Part shown: one piece after another, positions 49,738 to 59,761 of the stretch
Position numbering within the stretch: the first letter of the stretch is position 1
Layout: each line of letters opens with the position of its first letter
IMG/VR virus record: IMGVR_UViG_3300020183_000011
Length of the DNA stretch: 64,000 nucleotides
Strand: one strand, 5' to 3'
From: a virus
The notes under the pieces: model-generated
Seen by the model: the letters and a program-made list of their open reading frames with translations, nothing else
Told to the model about the DNA's origin: nothing
The model's database searches: none
Program-made: the position numbers and the translations under genes

Positions 49738-50606
49738 AAGTACTAATCACAGGAGTTACAGGATACATCGGCTCACACTTAGCAAAGGTGTTATTTGAAG
49801 CTGGTCATAAGATTACCGGGATTGATATACAATGGAAGAAACATAATGATAAAGTGTCTCGTTACTGCCATCGCATATTAATCAAAGACGTAACTAAACA
49901 TATATGTGATGAAGACTATGACGTCATCGTACATCTTGCAGGGCTAATCCAAGTCGAAGAGAGCGTAGCATACCCAACAAAGTACTACTCAACAAACCTT
50001 GGTGGCACAGTAAACATGTTGAGACAAAACATCAACCATGAACCACACTTTATATTCGCATCGACAGCTGGAGCATTTGACGCTCAGTCGCCTTATGCTA
50101 GATCTAAAGTAGCTGCCGAAGATGTCATCAAAGAAAGATCAAAGAACTATACTATATTTAGGTTCTTTAATGTTGCTGGTTCTGATGGTATGCACAGACA
50201 AGTAGGTAGATCCTCACACTTGATTCGTACTGCTGCAGAAGCCGCAGCAGGTAAGAGGGATTACATGAACATTTATGGAGATGATTATGATACACCAGAT
50301 GGTAGTTGTGTTAGGGATTATATTCACGTTGTGGATCTTGTTAACGCTATTCGTGATACGATTAAGCATGGTCCCTTTAACACACCATACGAATGTATTG
50401 GTTCGGGCAAAGGGTACTCGGTCAAAGAAGTAGTTCAAACCATGAAAGATGTTACGGGTCAAGACTTTACCGTAAAGATGGAGGGTCGTAGAGCTGGAGA
50501 TCCTGCTTCTTTAGCAATTAGTAATAGATTCAACCTGTTACAGCCACAATATCAACTAAAAGATATGTGTCTATCTGCATACAACATTGAAATGGCCACT
50601 ATATAA
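49722..50606 (+). CDS. UDP-glucose 4-epimerase-like (GalE) SDR
   Basis: TGVTGYIG, YARSK, RFFNVAG, DGSCVRDYIHV, RRAGDP. Confidence 0.88.
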   Translation: MEKVLKVLITGVTGYIGSHLAKVLFEAGHKITGIDIQWKKHNDKVSRYCHRILIKDVTKHICDEDYDVIVHLAGLIQVEESVAYPTKYYSTNLGGTVNMLRQNINHEPHFIFASTAGAFDAQSPYARSKVAAEDVIKERSKNYTIFRFFNVAGSDGMHRQVGRSSHLIRTAAEAAAGKRDYMNIYGDDYDTPDGSCVRDYIHVVDLVNAIRDTIKHGPFNTPYECIGSGKGYSVKEVVQTMKDVTGQDFTVKMEGRRAGDPASLAISNRFNLLQPQYQLKDMCLSAYNIEMATI

Positions 50607-50647
50607 ATACAAATAGCCTACCTTAAAAATACACCCACGGAGTTTAA

Positions 50648-52435
50648 ATGAAAAAAGTTTTAGATAATGGAATTCAGATAGACCTATCTCGGGACCAGTT
50701 ATTCGATGAATTAGGTATAATCAGGTTAAAAGAATCATACATGGCAGATAATGAAGAAAGTCCACAAGAAAGATTCGCGTTCGTATCAAATCATTTCGCA
50801 ACAGATAAATATCACGCACAAAGGTTGTATGAGTATAGTAGCAAGCATTGGTTAAGCTATGCTACACCGGTTTTATCGTTTGGTAGATCTAAACGCGGTT
50901 TACCGATATCATGTTTTTTAAACTTTATTGAAGATACGGCCGAAGGGTTGGTGGAGAACTTAAGTGAAACTAATTGGTTATCTATGCTTGGTGGTGGTGT
51001 TGGCATTGGCTTTGGAATTAGGTCTGCTGACGATAAGTCTACTGGCGTTATGCCTCATCTTAAAATGTATGATGCTAGCTCTCTTGCTTATCGTCAAGGC
51101 CGTACTCGTCGCGGCAGTTATGCTGCTTACCTGGATATTTCACATCCTGACATTTTAATGTTCCTTGAGATGCGTAAGCCAACAGGTGACCAAAACATGC
51201 GTTGCTTGAACTTACATCATGGTGTAAACATTCCAGATAGTTTCATGGAGATCATCGAAAGATGTATGATCGATGAAGCGGCTGATGATATATGGGAACT
51301 AAAAGACCCACACTCAGGTATAGTGACAGAAAAAGTATCAGCAAAAGAATTATGGCAAAAACTATTAGAACTTCGTATGCAAACGGGTGAACCGTACCTA
51401 CACTTTATCGATGAGTCTAATAGGAAGTTGCCACAATGGTTGAAGGATAAAGGATTACAAGTACATCAATCAAATCTTTGTTCTGAGATCATCCTACCTA
51501 CTAATGAAAAACGTACAGCAGTATGTTGTTTGTCTAGTTTAAACTTGGAGTATTATGATGATTGGAAAGATGATAAGTTGTTTCTTAAAGACGTTGCAGA
51601 GATGTTGGATAATGTGTTACAACACTTTATTGACAATGCTCCTTCTGTTATTAAGCGCGCTAAGTATTCTGCTTCTCGCGAACGGTCTATTGGTATTGGC
51701 GCTCTTGGTTTGCACGCTCTATTGCAGCGAAAGAATATCCCATGGGAGTCCGCGATGGCTACAGGACTCAATAAGCAGATATTCGCACATATTAGAGGGA
51801 GTCTCGATAAAGCAAACAAACAACTCGGAAAAGAAAGAGGAGAAGCGCCAGATGCCGAAGGCACTGGAAACAGGTTTAGTCATCTTATGGCTATTGCTCC
51901 CAATGCTAGCTCTTCTATCATTATGGGTAATACTTCCCCATCAATAGAACCATTTAGAGCAAATGCTTATAGACAAGATACATTATCAGGATCTCATCTA
52001 CATAAGAACCAGTACCTTGATAAGATACTCAAAGATAAAGCAGGAGATAAATACGATGAAGTTTGGTCTTCTATCATAGCAAACGATGGTTCAGTTCAAC
52101 ACCTAGATATCTTAGATGATTGGGCGAAAGACGTGTTTAAGACGTCTATGGAGATCGACCAACGTTGGGTAGTTCAACACGCAGCAGATCGTCAAGAGTT
52201 TATTGACCAAGCACAAAGCTTAAATGTATTCTTTAGACCTGACGCTCATATTAAATATATCCATGCAGTTCATTTCCAAGCATGGAAACAAAAACTTAAA
52301 ACTATGTACTACTGTAGATCAGATAAGATCGCTAAGGCTGATAAGGTAGCTAAGAAGATCGAGCGTGAAGTTATCGCAGAGATCGACTTAAAAGCTATGA
52401 CAGAAGGCGAAACTTGTTTAGCGTGCGAGGGATAA
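50648..52435 (+). CDS. nrdA: Ribonucleotide reductase class Ia alpha subunit (no ATP cone)
   Basis: ISCF, SNLCSEI, APNASS, TMYY, C-terminal CLACEG. Confidence 0.96.
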   Translation: MKKVLDNGIQIDLSRDQLFDELGIIRLKESYMADNEESPQERFAFVSNHFATDKYHAQRLYEYSSKHWLSYATPVLSFGRSKRGLPISCFLNFIEDTAEGLVENLSETNWLSMLGGGVGIGFGIRSADDKSTGVMPHLKMYDASSLAYRQGRTRRGSYAAYLDISHPDILMFLEMRKPTGDQNMRCLNLHHGVNIPDSFMEIIERCMIDEAADDIWELKDPHSGIVTEKVSAKELWQKLLELRMQTGEPYLHFIDESNRKLPQWLKDKGLQVHQSNLCSEIILPTNEKRTAVCCLSSLNLEYYDDWKDDKLFLKDVAEMLDNVLQHFIDNAPSVIKRAKYSASRERSIGIGALGLHALLQRKNIPWESAMATGLNKQIFAHIRGSLDKANKQLGKERGEAPDAEGTGNRFSHLMAIAPNASSSIIMGNTSPSIEPFRANAYRQDTLSGSHLHKNQYLDKILKDKAGDKYDEVWSSIIANDGSVQHLDILDDWAKDVFKTSMEIDQRWVVQHAADRQEFIDQAQSLNVFFRPDAHIKYIHAVHFQAWKQKLKTMYYCRSDKIAKADKVAKKIEREVIAEIDLKAMTEGETCLACEG

Positions 52436-52624
52436 TATGCAACTAGAAGGAATGATGAAAAGATTAAAAGACGCTGGCCGTGATATTTTTATAGGGCTTA
52501 ACAATGCAGCAACATTAAAGAAAAGATATGTTGAGCCGCATGTTTATGTAAAGATAAATGGCAAGAAAGTAAAGATCATGGATATTACGGTAAGTGAATG
52601 TAATATATATTTGGAGACAGAGGA

Positions 52625-53377
52625 ATGAAGAAGTTTTTAGCAATACTACTATTAGGATTTACATCATTAGCATCAGCAAACCCAATAGATGACAAGTGTC
52701 CACAGCATGTATGGCAAGGTGCACCAGCATTAAAAGATGGTAATAACCAATACTTATGTCGTATCGGTTATGCAGTCAACTATAACTATGCTACAAAGGT
52801 TGCGTACTATGCAGTAGAACATGTAGTTCCAGCAAACTTAGTAAAGAACGCACCACGTAAAGACGAATTCAGAGAAGATCCAGAAGTTCCTGTACAACAT
52901 AGACAAACGCTTGCAGATTATACTGGTATGGGATATGATCGTGGTCATATTGCTCCAGCCGCAGACATGACATTTGATAAGACTGCTATGTCTGAATCGT
53001 TCTATCTAACTAACATGATGCCACAAGTGCCAGGTAATAATCGTGGTATTTGGAAATACCTTGAAGAGAACGTACGATATTGGGCACAAGTTAAAGGTGA
53101 AGTATACGTAATCACTGGAGCTTTGTTTGAAGGTGCACCATTAATGATGAATAAGGTTTCTGTACCATCACATGTATACAAGATCATCATCGATCCAAAG
53201 ACAGGCAGTCAAATAGCTTTCTTATTTCCTAATGAGAAGCTAGATCCAAAACTCATAGATAATTATTCAGTATCTGTTGAATCTATAGAACAAAGAGCTG
53301 GCATAAACTTCTCGCCAAAGTTACCTGATAGATGGATTGCTTACGAAAAAACTAAATTAAAACTAAAAGACTTCTAA
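52625..53377 (+). CDS. Secreted DNA/RNA non-specific endonuclease (NucA/EndoG family)
   Basis: Signal peptide; YDRGHIAP, SFYLTNMMPQ, NRGIWKYLE. Confidence 0.92.
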   Translation: MKKFLAILLLGFTSLASANPIDDKCPQHVWQGAPALKDGNNQYLCRIGYAVNYNYATKVAYYAVEHVVPANLVKNAPRKDEFREDPEVPVQHRQTLADYTGMGYDRGHIAPAADMTFDKTAMSESFYLTNMMPQVPGNNRGIWKYLEENVRYWAQVKGEVYVITGALFEGAPLMMNKVSVPSHVYKIIIDPKTGSQIAFLFPNEKLDPKLIDNYSVSVESIEQRAGINFSPKLPDRWIAYEKTKLKLKDF

Positions 53378-53378
53378 G

Positions 53379-54359
53379 ATGACAAATAAACTAACAGATA
53401 CCCGAGAGTATTTCAAACCGTTTAACTATCCATGGGCATATGAATCATGGTTAAAACACGAACAAGCACACTGGCTTCATACAGAAGTTCCGATGGCAGA
53501 AGACGTAAAAGATTGGAAAAAGAAACTAACTGCTGAAGAGAAACACTTCCTTACAAACATATTTAGGTTCTTTACACAAGGAGACATCGACGTTGCTGGT
53601 GGATATGTAAAGAACTACTTACCATACTTCCCTCAACCAGAGATTAGAATGATGCTTATGGGGTTTGCTGCTCGTGAAGCATTACACATCGCAGCATACT
53701 CTCATTTGATTGAGACATTAGGTATGCCTGAATCTACGTACAATGAATTCTTGGAATACCAAGAGATGAAAGATAAACACGATTACGTTACTGACCTATC
53801 TAGTCGAAATGGCGATCTTGATAGCACTGCCACTCACATCGCAGTATTCTCTGCTTTCACGGAGGGTATGCAGTTATTTAGTTCTTTCATTATGCTTCTT
53901 AATTTTCCAAGACATGGACTTATGAAAGGTATGGGTCAGATCGTTACATGGTCAATCGTAGACGAGACCATGCATGCTGAGAATATGATTAAACTATTCA
54001 AGACGTTTATCAAAGAGAACAACGAGATCTGGAATGATGATCTTAAGAGTCGTATATATACTATAGCAGAGAAGATGGTTGAACTCGAAGATAAGTTCAT
54101 CGACCTATCATTCTCTGGTACACACATGAGAGAACTTGAACCAGCAGACGTTAAACAATACATCCGTTACATCGCTGACAGACGTTTAATCTCATTAGGA
54201 TTAAAAGGTATCTTTAAAGTTAAAAAGAACCCATTACCATGGGTAGAGGAGATGATCAATGCTCCAGTTCATGGTAACTTCTTTGAGAACCGCGTTACAG
54301 ACTATGCCAAAGGTGCATTGAAAGGTTCTTGGCAGGATGTATGGGGTGGAGCCCAATAA
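53379..54359 (+). CDS. nrdB: Ribonucleotide reductase class Ia beta subunit
   Basis: FFTQGD, EALHIAAY, EGMQLFSSF, DETMH, NFFE. Confidence 0.96.
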   Translation: MTNKLTDTREYFKPFNYPWAYESWLKHEQAHWLHTEVPMAEDVKDWKKKLTAEEKHFLTNIFRFFTQGDIDVAGGYVKNYLPYFPQPEIRMMLMGFAAREALHIAAYSHLIETLGMPESTYNEFLEYQEMKDKHDYVTDLSSRNGDLDSTATHIAVFSAFTEGMQLFSSFIMLLNFPRHGLMKGMGQIVTWSIVDETMHAENMIKLFKTFIKENNEIWNDDLKSRIYTIAEKMVELEDKFIDLSFSGTHMRELEPADVKQYIRYIADRRLISLGLKGIFKVKKNPLPWVEEMINAPVHGNFFENRVTDYAKGALKGSWQDVWGGAQ

Positions 54360-54505
54360 TGGCAACAAAATTATTTGAATGCACTAACTGTGAGAGTCAT
54401 GGTAAGATTACCGTAAAGACTAATGATGTCACGGTAGAGGACATAGTATTTTGTCCTGTATGTGGTGCAGAGATATTTGACGAAGAAGACGACTACGAAG
54501 AATGA
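54359..54505 (+). CDS. 48-aa zinc-ribbon protein with an acidic tail
   Basis: CTNC...CPVCG...DEEDDYEE; coupled on both sides; not in the track. Confidence 0.75.
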   Translation: MATKLFECTNCESHGKITVKTNDVTVEDIVFCPVCGAEIFDEEDDYEE

Positions 54506-54933
54506 CATGGACCTACAAGGGCGAACCAGTAGAAGAGATCGATGAGAAGTATACAGGATTCGTTTACATCATAACTAACTTAGTTACTGGTAAAGCATAC
54601 ATCGGTAAGAAGTTATCAAAGTTTAGTAAGACATCAGTGAAGACCGTTACGCTTAAGAATGGTACAAAGAAAAAGAAAAAGATTCGTAGCAAGATAAATT
54701 CAGATTGGAAGACCTATTGGTCTTCAAGTAAAGAAATACAAGACGATGTCAAAGCATTGGGTGAAGATAAGTTCAAACGGGAAATACTCATGTTTTGTTT
54801 GTCTAAGGGAACGGCCTCATATTTTGAGGCCAAGTACCAAATGCAGAATGAAGTATTAGAGCACCCTGATATGTGGTATAATGGGATCATAAATTGTAGA
54901 GTACATAGGAGTCATATAAAGTATGAAGATTAG
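54502..54933 (+). CDS. GIY-YIG endonuclease (stand-alone, endonuclease II-like)
   Basis: GFVYIITN...YIGKK, Y.SS, E, YN. Confidence 0.85.
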   Translation: MTWTYKGEPVEEIDEKYTGFVYIITNLVTGKAYIGKKLSKFSKTSVKTVTLKNGTKKKKKIRSKINSDWKTYWSSSKEIQDDVKALGEDKFKREILMFCLSKGTASYFEAKYQMQNEVLEHPDMWYNGIINCRVHRSHIKYED

Positions 54934-55207
54934 ATTAGCATTTTTATTGATAACACTGATAGCTGTAGTGGCAAGTTATTTTGCGTATGCATCATATATC
55001 CAAACAAAGCACTATGAAAATATCTTAGTTGAATTTGATAAAAAAATAAATTTTGCCAATAGTAGATACGATAATGTTCAAGAGGAAGATCATAAATTAA
55101 ACGTTAAGATAGACAGTCTTAATGCACAGATCAATGAACTTAATAACAAGATCCGTATCCAAGAAGCACTAATAATTGAAACTCGTGCTAAATTAAAAAG
55201 AAAATAG
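54923..55207 (+). CDS. Membrane-anchored coiled-coil protein
   Basis: N-terminal TM helix plus heptad repeats. Confidence 0.55.
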   Translation: MKIRLAFLLITLIAVVASYFAYASYIQTKHYENILVEFDKKINFANSRYDNVQEEDHKLNVKIDSLNAQINELNNKIRIQEALIIETRAKLKRK

Positions 55208-55209
55208 TT

Positions 55210-56190
55210 ATGAAGAGAGTATTGATCACAGGCGGAGCTGGTTTCATCGCACATCATGTAATTAACCACATTTTAAATACTACTGATTGGAATGTAGTAA
55301 CATTAGATCGATTAGATTTTTCTGGAAATTTAAATAGATTAGCTGAAGTTGTTCCAAACGACGGAAGAGTTAAAACTGTGTTTCATGATCTTAAAGCTGA
55401 ATTAAATTCACAAATAATCAAATCAATAGGTGATATAGATATCATTTTACATCTTGCTGCAGGTTCCCATGTGGATCGATCAATTGAATTCCCTATGGAG
55501 TTTGTTATGGACAATGTTGTTGGTACATGTAACATATTAAACTATGCAAGAACATTACCAAATTTAGAGCGGTTCATTTACTTCTCAACAGATGAAGTGT
55601 TTGGTCCTGCTCCAAATGGTATAAATTATAAAGAATATGACAGATATAATAGTTCTAATCCATACTCAGCTTCAAAAGCTGGCGGTGAAGAGCTTGCCGT
55701 TGCATTCGCTAATACATACAAGATGCCTCTTTATATTACTCATACCATGAACGTATTTGGGGAGAGACAACATCCTGAGAAATATATTCCGGTTTGTATC
55801 AAACGTGTAAGAGATGGTGAAAAAATCATCATCCACTCAGATCCAACTAAAACTATTCCTGGTAGCAGATGTTATATACATGCTTTAGATGTTGCAGAAG
55901 CTTTAATATTCATATTAAATCTAAAAGATCAATACAATGGTTCTAAATTCAATGTTGTAGGTAAAGAAGAAATAAATAATCTACAATTAGCACAAATTAT
56001 ATCTGATGCACAAGGCAAAAAACTTATCTATGAGTTATCGGACTTTCATAGTGCAAGACCCGGTCATGACTTACGATATGCTTTAGATGGTGGTTTATTA
56101 AGAGAACTTGGGTGGGAACCTAAGATATCGCTTAAAGAACGTATCAAAGAAGTCGTTGATTGGACATTAAAAAACGATAGATGGTTATAA
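55210..56190 (+). CDS. dTDP-glucose 4,6-dehydratase-like (RmlB)
   Basis: TGGAGFI, SHVDRSI, STDEV, YSASK, RPGHDLRY. Confidence 0.92.
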   Translation: MKRVLITGGAGFIAHHVINHILNTTDWNVVTLDRLDFSGNLNRLAEVVPNDGRVKTVFHDLKAELNSQIIKSIGDIDIILHLAAGSHVDRSIEFPMEFVMDNVVGTCNILNYARTLPNLERFIYFSTDEVFGPAPNGINYKEYDRYNSSNPYSASKAGGEELAVAFANTYKMPLYITHTMNVFGERQHPEKYIPVCIKRVRDGEKIIIHSDPTKTIPGSRCYIHALDVAEALIFILNLKDQYNGSKFNVVGKEEINNLQLAQIISDAQGKKLIYELSDFHSARPGHDLRYALDGGLLRELGWEPKISLKERIKEVVDWTLKNDRWL

Positions 56191-56212
56191 ACTTATAACA
56201 TAAATAATATAT

Positions 56213-56542
56213 ATGGATCAAATAACGATAGACGAATCAGCTGCTAATAAGATTAAAACTCTCTTAGCTGACGAGGAAAACAAAGATTTATTGCTACGCA
56301 TATTCGTGTCTGGAGGCGGGTGCTCCGGATTTCAATACGGGTTCACGTTTGATGAATGTCAAAATGAAGACGACTTTGTCATAGAACAATATGGTATTAA
56401 ACTATTAGTAGACGCCATGAGCATGCAGTATTTAACAGGTGCAGAGATAGGTTATAAAACATCTTTAATGGGAGAACAATTTGAGATAAAGAACCCAAAT
56501 GCTACAAGTAAATGTGGATGCGGTTCATCATTCTCAGCATAA
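56213..56542 (+). CDS. erpA: Fe-S cluster insertion protein ErpA/IscA
   Basis: [18 protein letters not shown]. Confidence 0.9.
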   Translation: MDQITIDESAANKIKTLLADEENKDLLLRIFVSGGGCSGFQYGFTFDECQNEDDFVIEQYGIKLLVDAMSMQYLTGAEIGYKTSLMGEQFEIKNPNATSKCGCGSSFSA

Positions 56543-56543
56543 T

Positions 56544-56951
56544 ATGGCTTATTCAGATAAAGTTTTAGATCACTATGAAAACCCGAGAAATGTAGGAAGC
56601 CTTGATAAAGCAGATCCAAATGTAGGAACAGGGATGGTGGGTGCACCTGCTTGCGGTGACGTCATGAAATTACAAATTCAAGTAGGAGAAGATGGTGTTA
56701 TCGAAGATGCAAAGTTTAAAACTTATGGTTGCGGTTCTGCTATTGCCAGTTCTAGTCTTGTTACAGAATGGCTCAAGGGCAAAACACTTGACGAGGCAAT
56801 TGCAATCAAGAATTCAGATATTGCGGAAGAATTAGCTTTACCTCCTGTAAAAATTCACTGTTCAGTTTTAGCTGAAGATGCTATTAAAGCAGCTATCGCT
56901 GATCTTCAAAATAAACAAGTAAAAGCAGCCAAGTGTGTCTGCAAAGTATGA
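56544..56951 (+). CDS. iscU: Fe-S scaffold IscU
   Basis: MAYSDKVLDHYENPRNVG, APACGD, YGCGSA, LPPVKIHC. Confidence 0.96.
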   Translation: MAYSDKVLDHYENPRNVGSLDKADPNVGTGMVGAPACGDVMKLQIQVGEDGVIEDAKFKTYGCGSAIASSSLVTEWLKGKTLDEAIAIKNSDIAEELALPPVKIHCSVLAEDAIKAAIADLQNKQVKAAKCVCKV

Positions 56952-57967
56952 ATACAGTAATGTTAATCTCAGCGCTTTCATTAAGCGCAATCGCAGCATT
57001 TTACTCGATCGCTGGACTAGCTGCCATATTCGCTGCAGCTGTGGTGCCTATCATCATCATGGGAGGCATCTTAGAAGTATCTAAGTTGGTCGTCGCGTCA
57101 TGGTTATACCAGAACTGGGATGAAGTCCCATTCTCATTCAAAGCATACTTTACTTCTGCTATCGTTATCCTCATGATGTTAACATCTATGGGTATCTTTG
57201 GCTTCTTATCAAAGGCACACTTAGACCAAGCAGTTCCAGCTGGAGATATTACAGCTCAGGTCCAGATCTTTGATGACAAGATCAAGACTGAAAGAGAGAA
57301 CATTGAAGCAGCTCGTAAAGCATTAAAACAAATGGACGCTCAGGTAGACGAGAAGCTTGCTCGTACTACAGACGATAAAGGAACAGAACGTGCAGTACAG
57401 ATCCGTAGAGCTCAATCATCTGAACGTAAGAAACTACAGAACGAGATCACTGTAGCTCAGGCATCTATAGTTAAACTACAAGCTGAGCGAGCTCCTGTCG
57501 CATCTCAAGCTCGTAAGGTCGAGGCTGAAGTTGGTCCGGTTAAGTATATCGCAGCTTTAATCTATGGAGATACCTTAGACCAGAACATGCTGGAAAAAGC
57601 TGTCCGTTGGGTCATCATCATGATCGTCTTGGTGTTTGATCCGCTTGCAGTTCTTATGCTAGTGGCAGTAAACTGGTCTTTAAAAAAAAGACAACCTGAA
57701 GTAGAGCCGGAAGAACTTCCTGAGGATCTATCACCTTGGCTGAATTATCCTATTGATTTAAAGAAACCAAAAAGAAAACCCCGTAAACGTAAGTGGCTTG
57801 AACCTGATCCTGTACCTCTACCAGAGGAAGCAGAATGGAATGATGGAACACATTATGATCCAGATGAGTATGTCTCCCCTTCAAAGACCATTGAGCAAGA
57901 AGTTGACGAACTTAATCATAAGCCTTTGAATTCATTAGAAAGATTAAATAAAAAATACGGACCCTAA
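56948..57967 (+). CDS. Multi-TM coiled-coil membrane protein
   Basis: Three N-terminal TM helices, TSMGIFGFLSKAH, coiled coil, FDPLA TM. Confidence 0.7.
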   Translation: MNTVMLISALSLSAIAAFYSIAGLAAIFAAAVVPIIIMGGILEVSKLVVASWLYQNWDEVPFSFKAYFTSAIVILMMLTSMGIFGFLSKAHLDQAVPAGDITAQVQIFDDKIKTERENIEAARKALKQMDAQVDEKLARTTDDKGTERAVQIRRAQSSERKKLQNEITVAQASIVKLQAERAPVASQARKVEAEVGPVKYIAALIYGDTLDQNMLEKAVRWVIIMIVLVFDPLAVLMLVAVNWSLKKRQPEVEPEELPEDLSPWLNYPIDLKKPKRKPRKRKWLEPDPVPLPEEAEWNDGTHYDPDEYVSPSKTIEQEVDELNHKPLNSLERLNKKYGP

Positions 57968-57984
57968 ACTATTATAAATAGTAC

Positions 57985-58532
57985 ATGGGCGATATTTTTA
58001 AACTAATTGCTGATGTAGGATTCCCAATAGCCGGAGCATGTGCTGCTGGATATTTTGTGTTTCTTACCGTTAAATTTATCCTTGATGGGGTGACAGGCTC
58101 AGTAAAGGGTATGTCTAACATCATTAAAGCTTTGGATAGACGGGTAGCAGCAATGAATCACGACGTTATTCGCATAGATACTAAGGTGTCTCATGCATTA
58201 GGTATACCACCAGATCTAGATAGGATCGCGAGGGCCGAACAGTCAGACGCTAGGAGAGACTAGTGGAAGATATAGCTGACTTAATAAGCAAGTATGGGTT
58301 TCCCATCGTTGCAGCAGGCGGATTAGGATACTTCGTCTACTATATATGGAAATGGGTAACTGAAGAGATAGACCCTGTAATAGGTGAATCAAATAAAGTT
58401 TTAATTGAACTGATCGATCGTATCCGCATGTTGGATAATGACTTGATCAGGCTCAACCAAAAAGTGAATGTCATTTTGTCTTTAAGAGAGAGGGAAGAAA
58501 ATGAAGTTCACGATAAGGATACTAAGTCTTAG
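57985..58532 (+). CDS. Tandem paralogous single-TM proteins (57985-58263; 58263-58532), holin-like
   Basis: Both have GFPI(A/V) TM and (L/I)D.R...(M/L)..D.IR; late promoter at 57973. Confidence 0.6.
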
Positions 58533-58953
58533 TATTTTACTGATAGGTTGTGTCGCTCAGGCCCAACCACTCCCTGATTATACGTTCAAGAATCCATCCT
58601 TTAATGGAAATGGATACAGTAGCCACATATTGACTATTGAAAATCAAGAACGAACACGAAAAGATAATATCAAGAAAGAGATCCAAGCTGCATTAGATAA
58701 AGCAAAAAACGATGCTAACAACACTAATGTAGCTAAGTTCCTTAACAACCTTGAAAGCCGTATATATGCACAGATTAGTCAAAACCTAGCAACAGAGATG
58801 TTTGCAGATGGTGGTGCAACAAGTGGTACATTAAATTTCGAAGGTAACATCATAAATTGGAACAGGACTGGTACTGAGATCACAATGAACGTGACTGACT
58901 ATCTAGGCAGCACAACGACTGTTGTTATACCACTAGGACAGTGGCAATTCTAA
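58501..58953 (+). CDS. csgF: Curli assembly protein CsgF
   Basis: Signal peptide; YTFKNPSFNG, ENQ, LESRIYAQIS, VTD..G.TT...IP. Confidence 0.85.
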   Translation: MKFTIRILSLSILLIGCVAQAQPLPDYTFKNPSFNGNGYSSHILTIENQERTRKDNIKKEIQAALDKAKNDANNTNVAKFLNNLESRIYAQISQNLATEMFADGGATSGTLNFEGNIINWNRTGTEITMNVTDYLGSTTTVVIPLGQWQF

Positions 58954-58954
58954 A

Positions 58955-59755
58955 ATGTATAAACTACTAATTTTATTATCGCTGATGTTTTTAGCTGGTT
59001 GTGCAACTACTCGCGTAGTCACTACACCAGAAAAGCCTGTAGAGGTGAAGAGTATCATGCAAAAAGAGTTTGATACTATACCTCCACCTGCTGGTAGACC
59101 GATTATCGTAGCTGTATATACGTTTATTGATAAGACTGGTCAAAGAAGACCTGCTGCTAATTTTGCAAACCTTAGTTCAGCGGTAACACAAGGAGCCGAG
59201 GCTTTCTTAATAAAGGCTTTACAAGATGTAGGTAAAGGTGTTTGGTTTGAAGTCGTCGAAAGGGTAGGTATCGATAGCTTGACTAAAGAGAGACAACTAA
59301 TTCGTCAGATGCGTGAGGCGTATGATGGTCCTAAAGCTAAACCGTTAGGTCCAATGCTTTATGCAGGTGTCATCGTAGAAGGTGGTATAACTGGATATGA
59401 TACAAGCGTTAAGAGTGGTGGTAGTGCTGCACGTATGTTAGGCATTGGACCACAGACACAATACAGCGAAGACATAGTAACAGTAAGTCTTAGAGTTATT
59501 AGTGTAAACTCTGGTAAAGTTTTAGCTGCTGTAAATATACAGAAAACTATTTACAGCGCTAGTGATAGCATGGCAGTATTAAAGTTTATTAAAGATGGAA
59601 CACAGGCATTTGAGATAGAAAGTGGGTTAACCATAAATGAGCCTGGAACTCAAGCAGTAAAAGCTGCTATAGAGAGTGCAGTAGTAGAGTTAATAAAAGA
59701 AGGTAGCAAGAAAGGTATCTGGGAATTCTCCTATGAACCCTTGCAACCACAATAA
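58955..59755 (+). CDS. csgG: Curli secretion channel lipoprotein CsgG
   Basis: Lipobox LAGC; AVYTFIDKTGQR, SSAVTQG, WFEVVER.G...L.KERQLIR, NEP...AV..AIE.AV. Confidence 0.93.
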   Translation: MYKLLILLSLMFLAGCATTRVVTTPEKPVEVKSIMQKEFDTIPPPAGRPIIVAVYTFIDKTGQRRPAANFANLSSAVTQGAEAFLIKALQDVGKGVWFEVVERVGIDSLTKERQLIRQMREAYDGPKAKPLGPMLYAGVIVEGGITGYDTSVKSGGSAARMLGIGPQTQYSEDIVTVSLRVISVNSGKVLAAVNIQKTIYSASDSMAVLKFIKDGTQAFEIESGLTINEPGTQAVKAAIESAVVELIKEGSKKGIWEFSYEPLQPQ

Positions 59756-59761
59756 GGAAAG

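Noticed and set aside
54359-54505. LysW-type amino-group carrier protein
   Set aside because: It has a zinc ribbon and acidic tail but lacks the EDWGE terminus and partner enzymes
54502-54933. Mobile intron or homing endonuclease
   Set aside because: Short catalytic-only GIY-YIG; flanking genes are intact and no intron structure was seen
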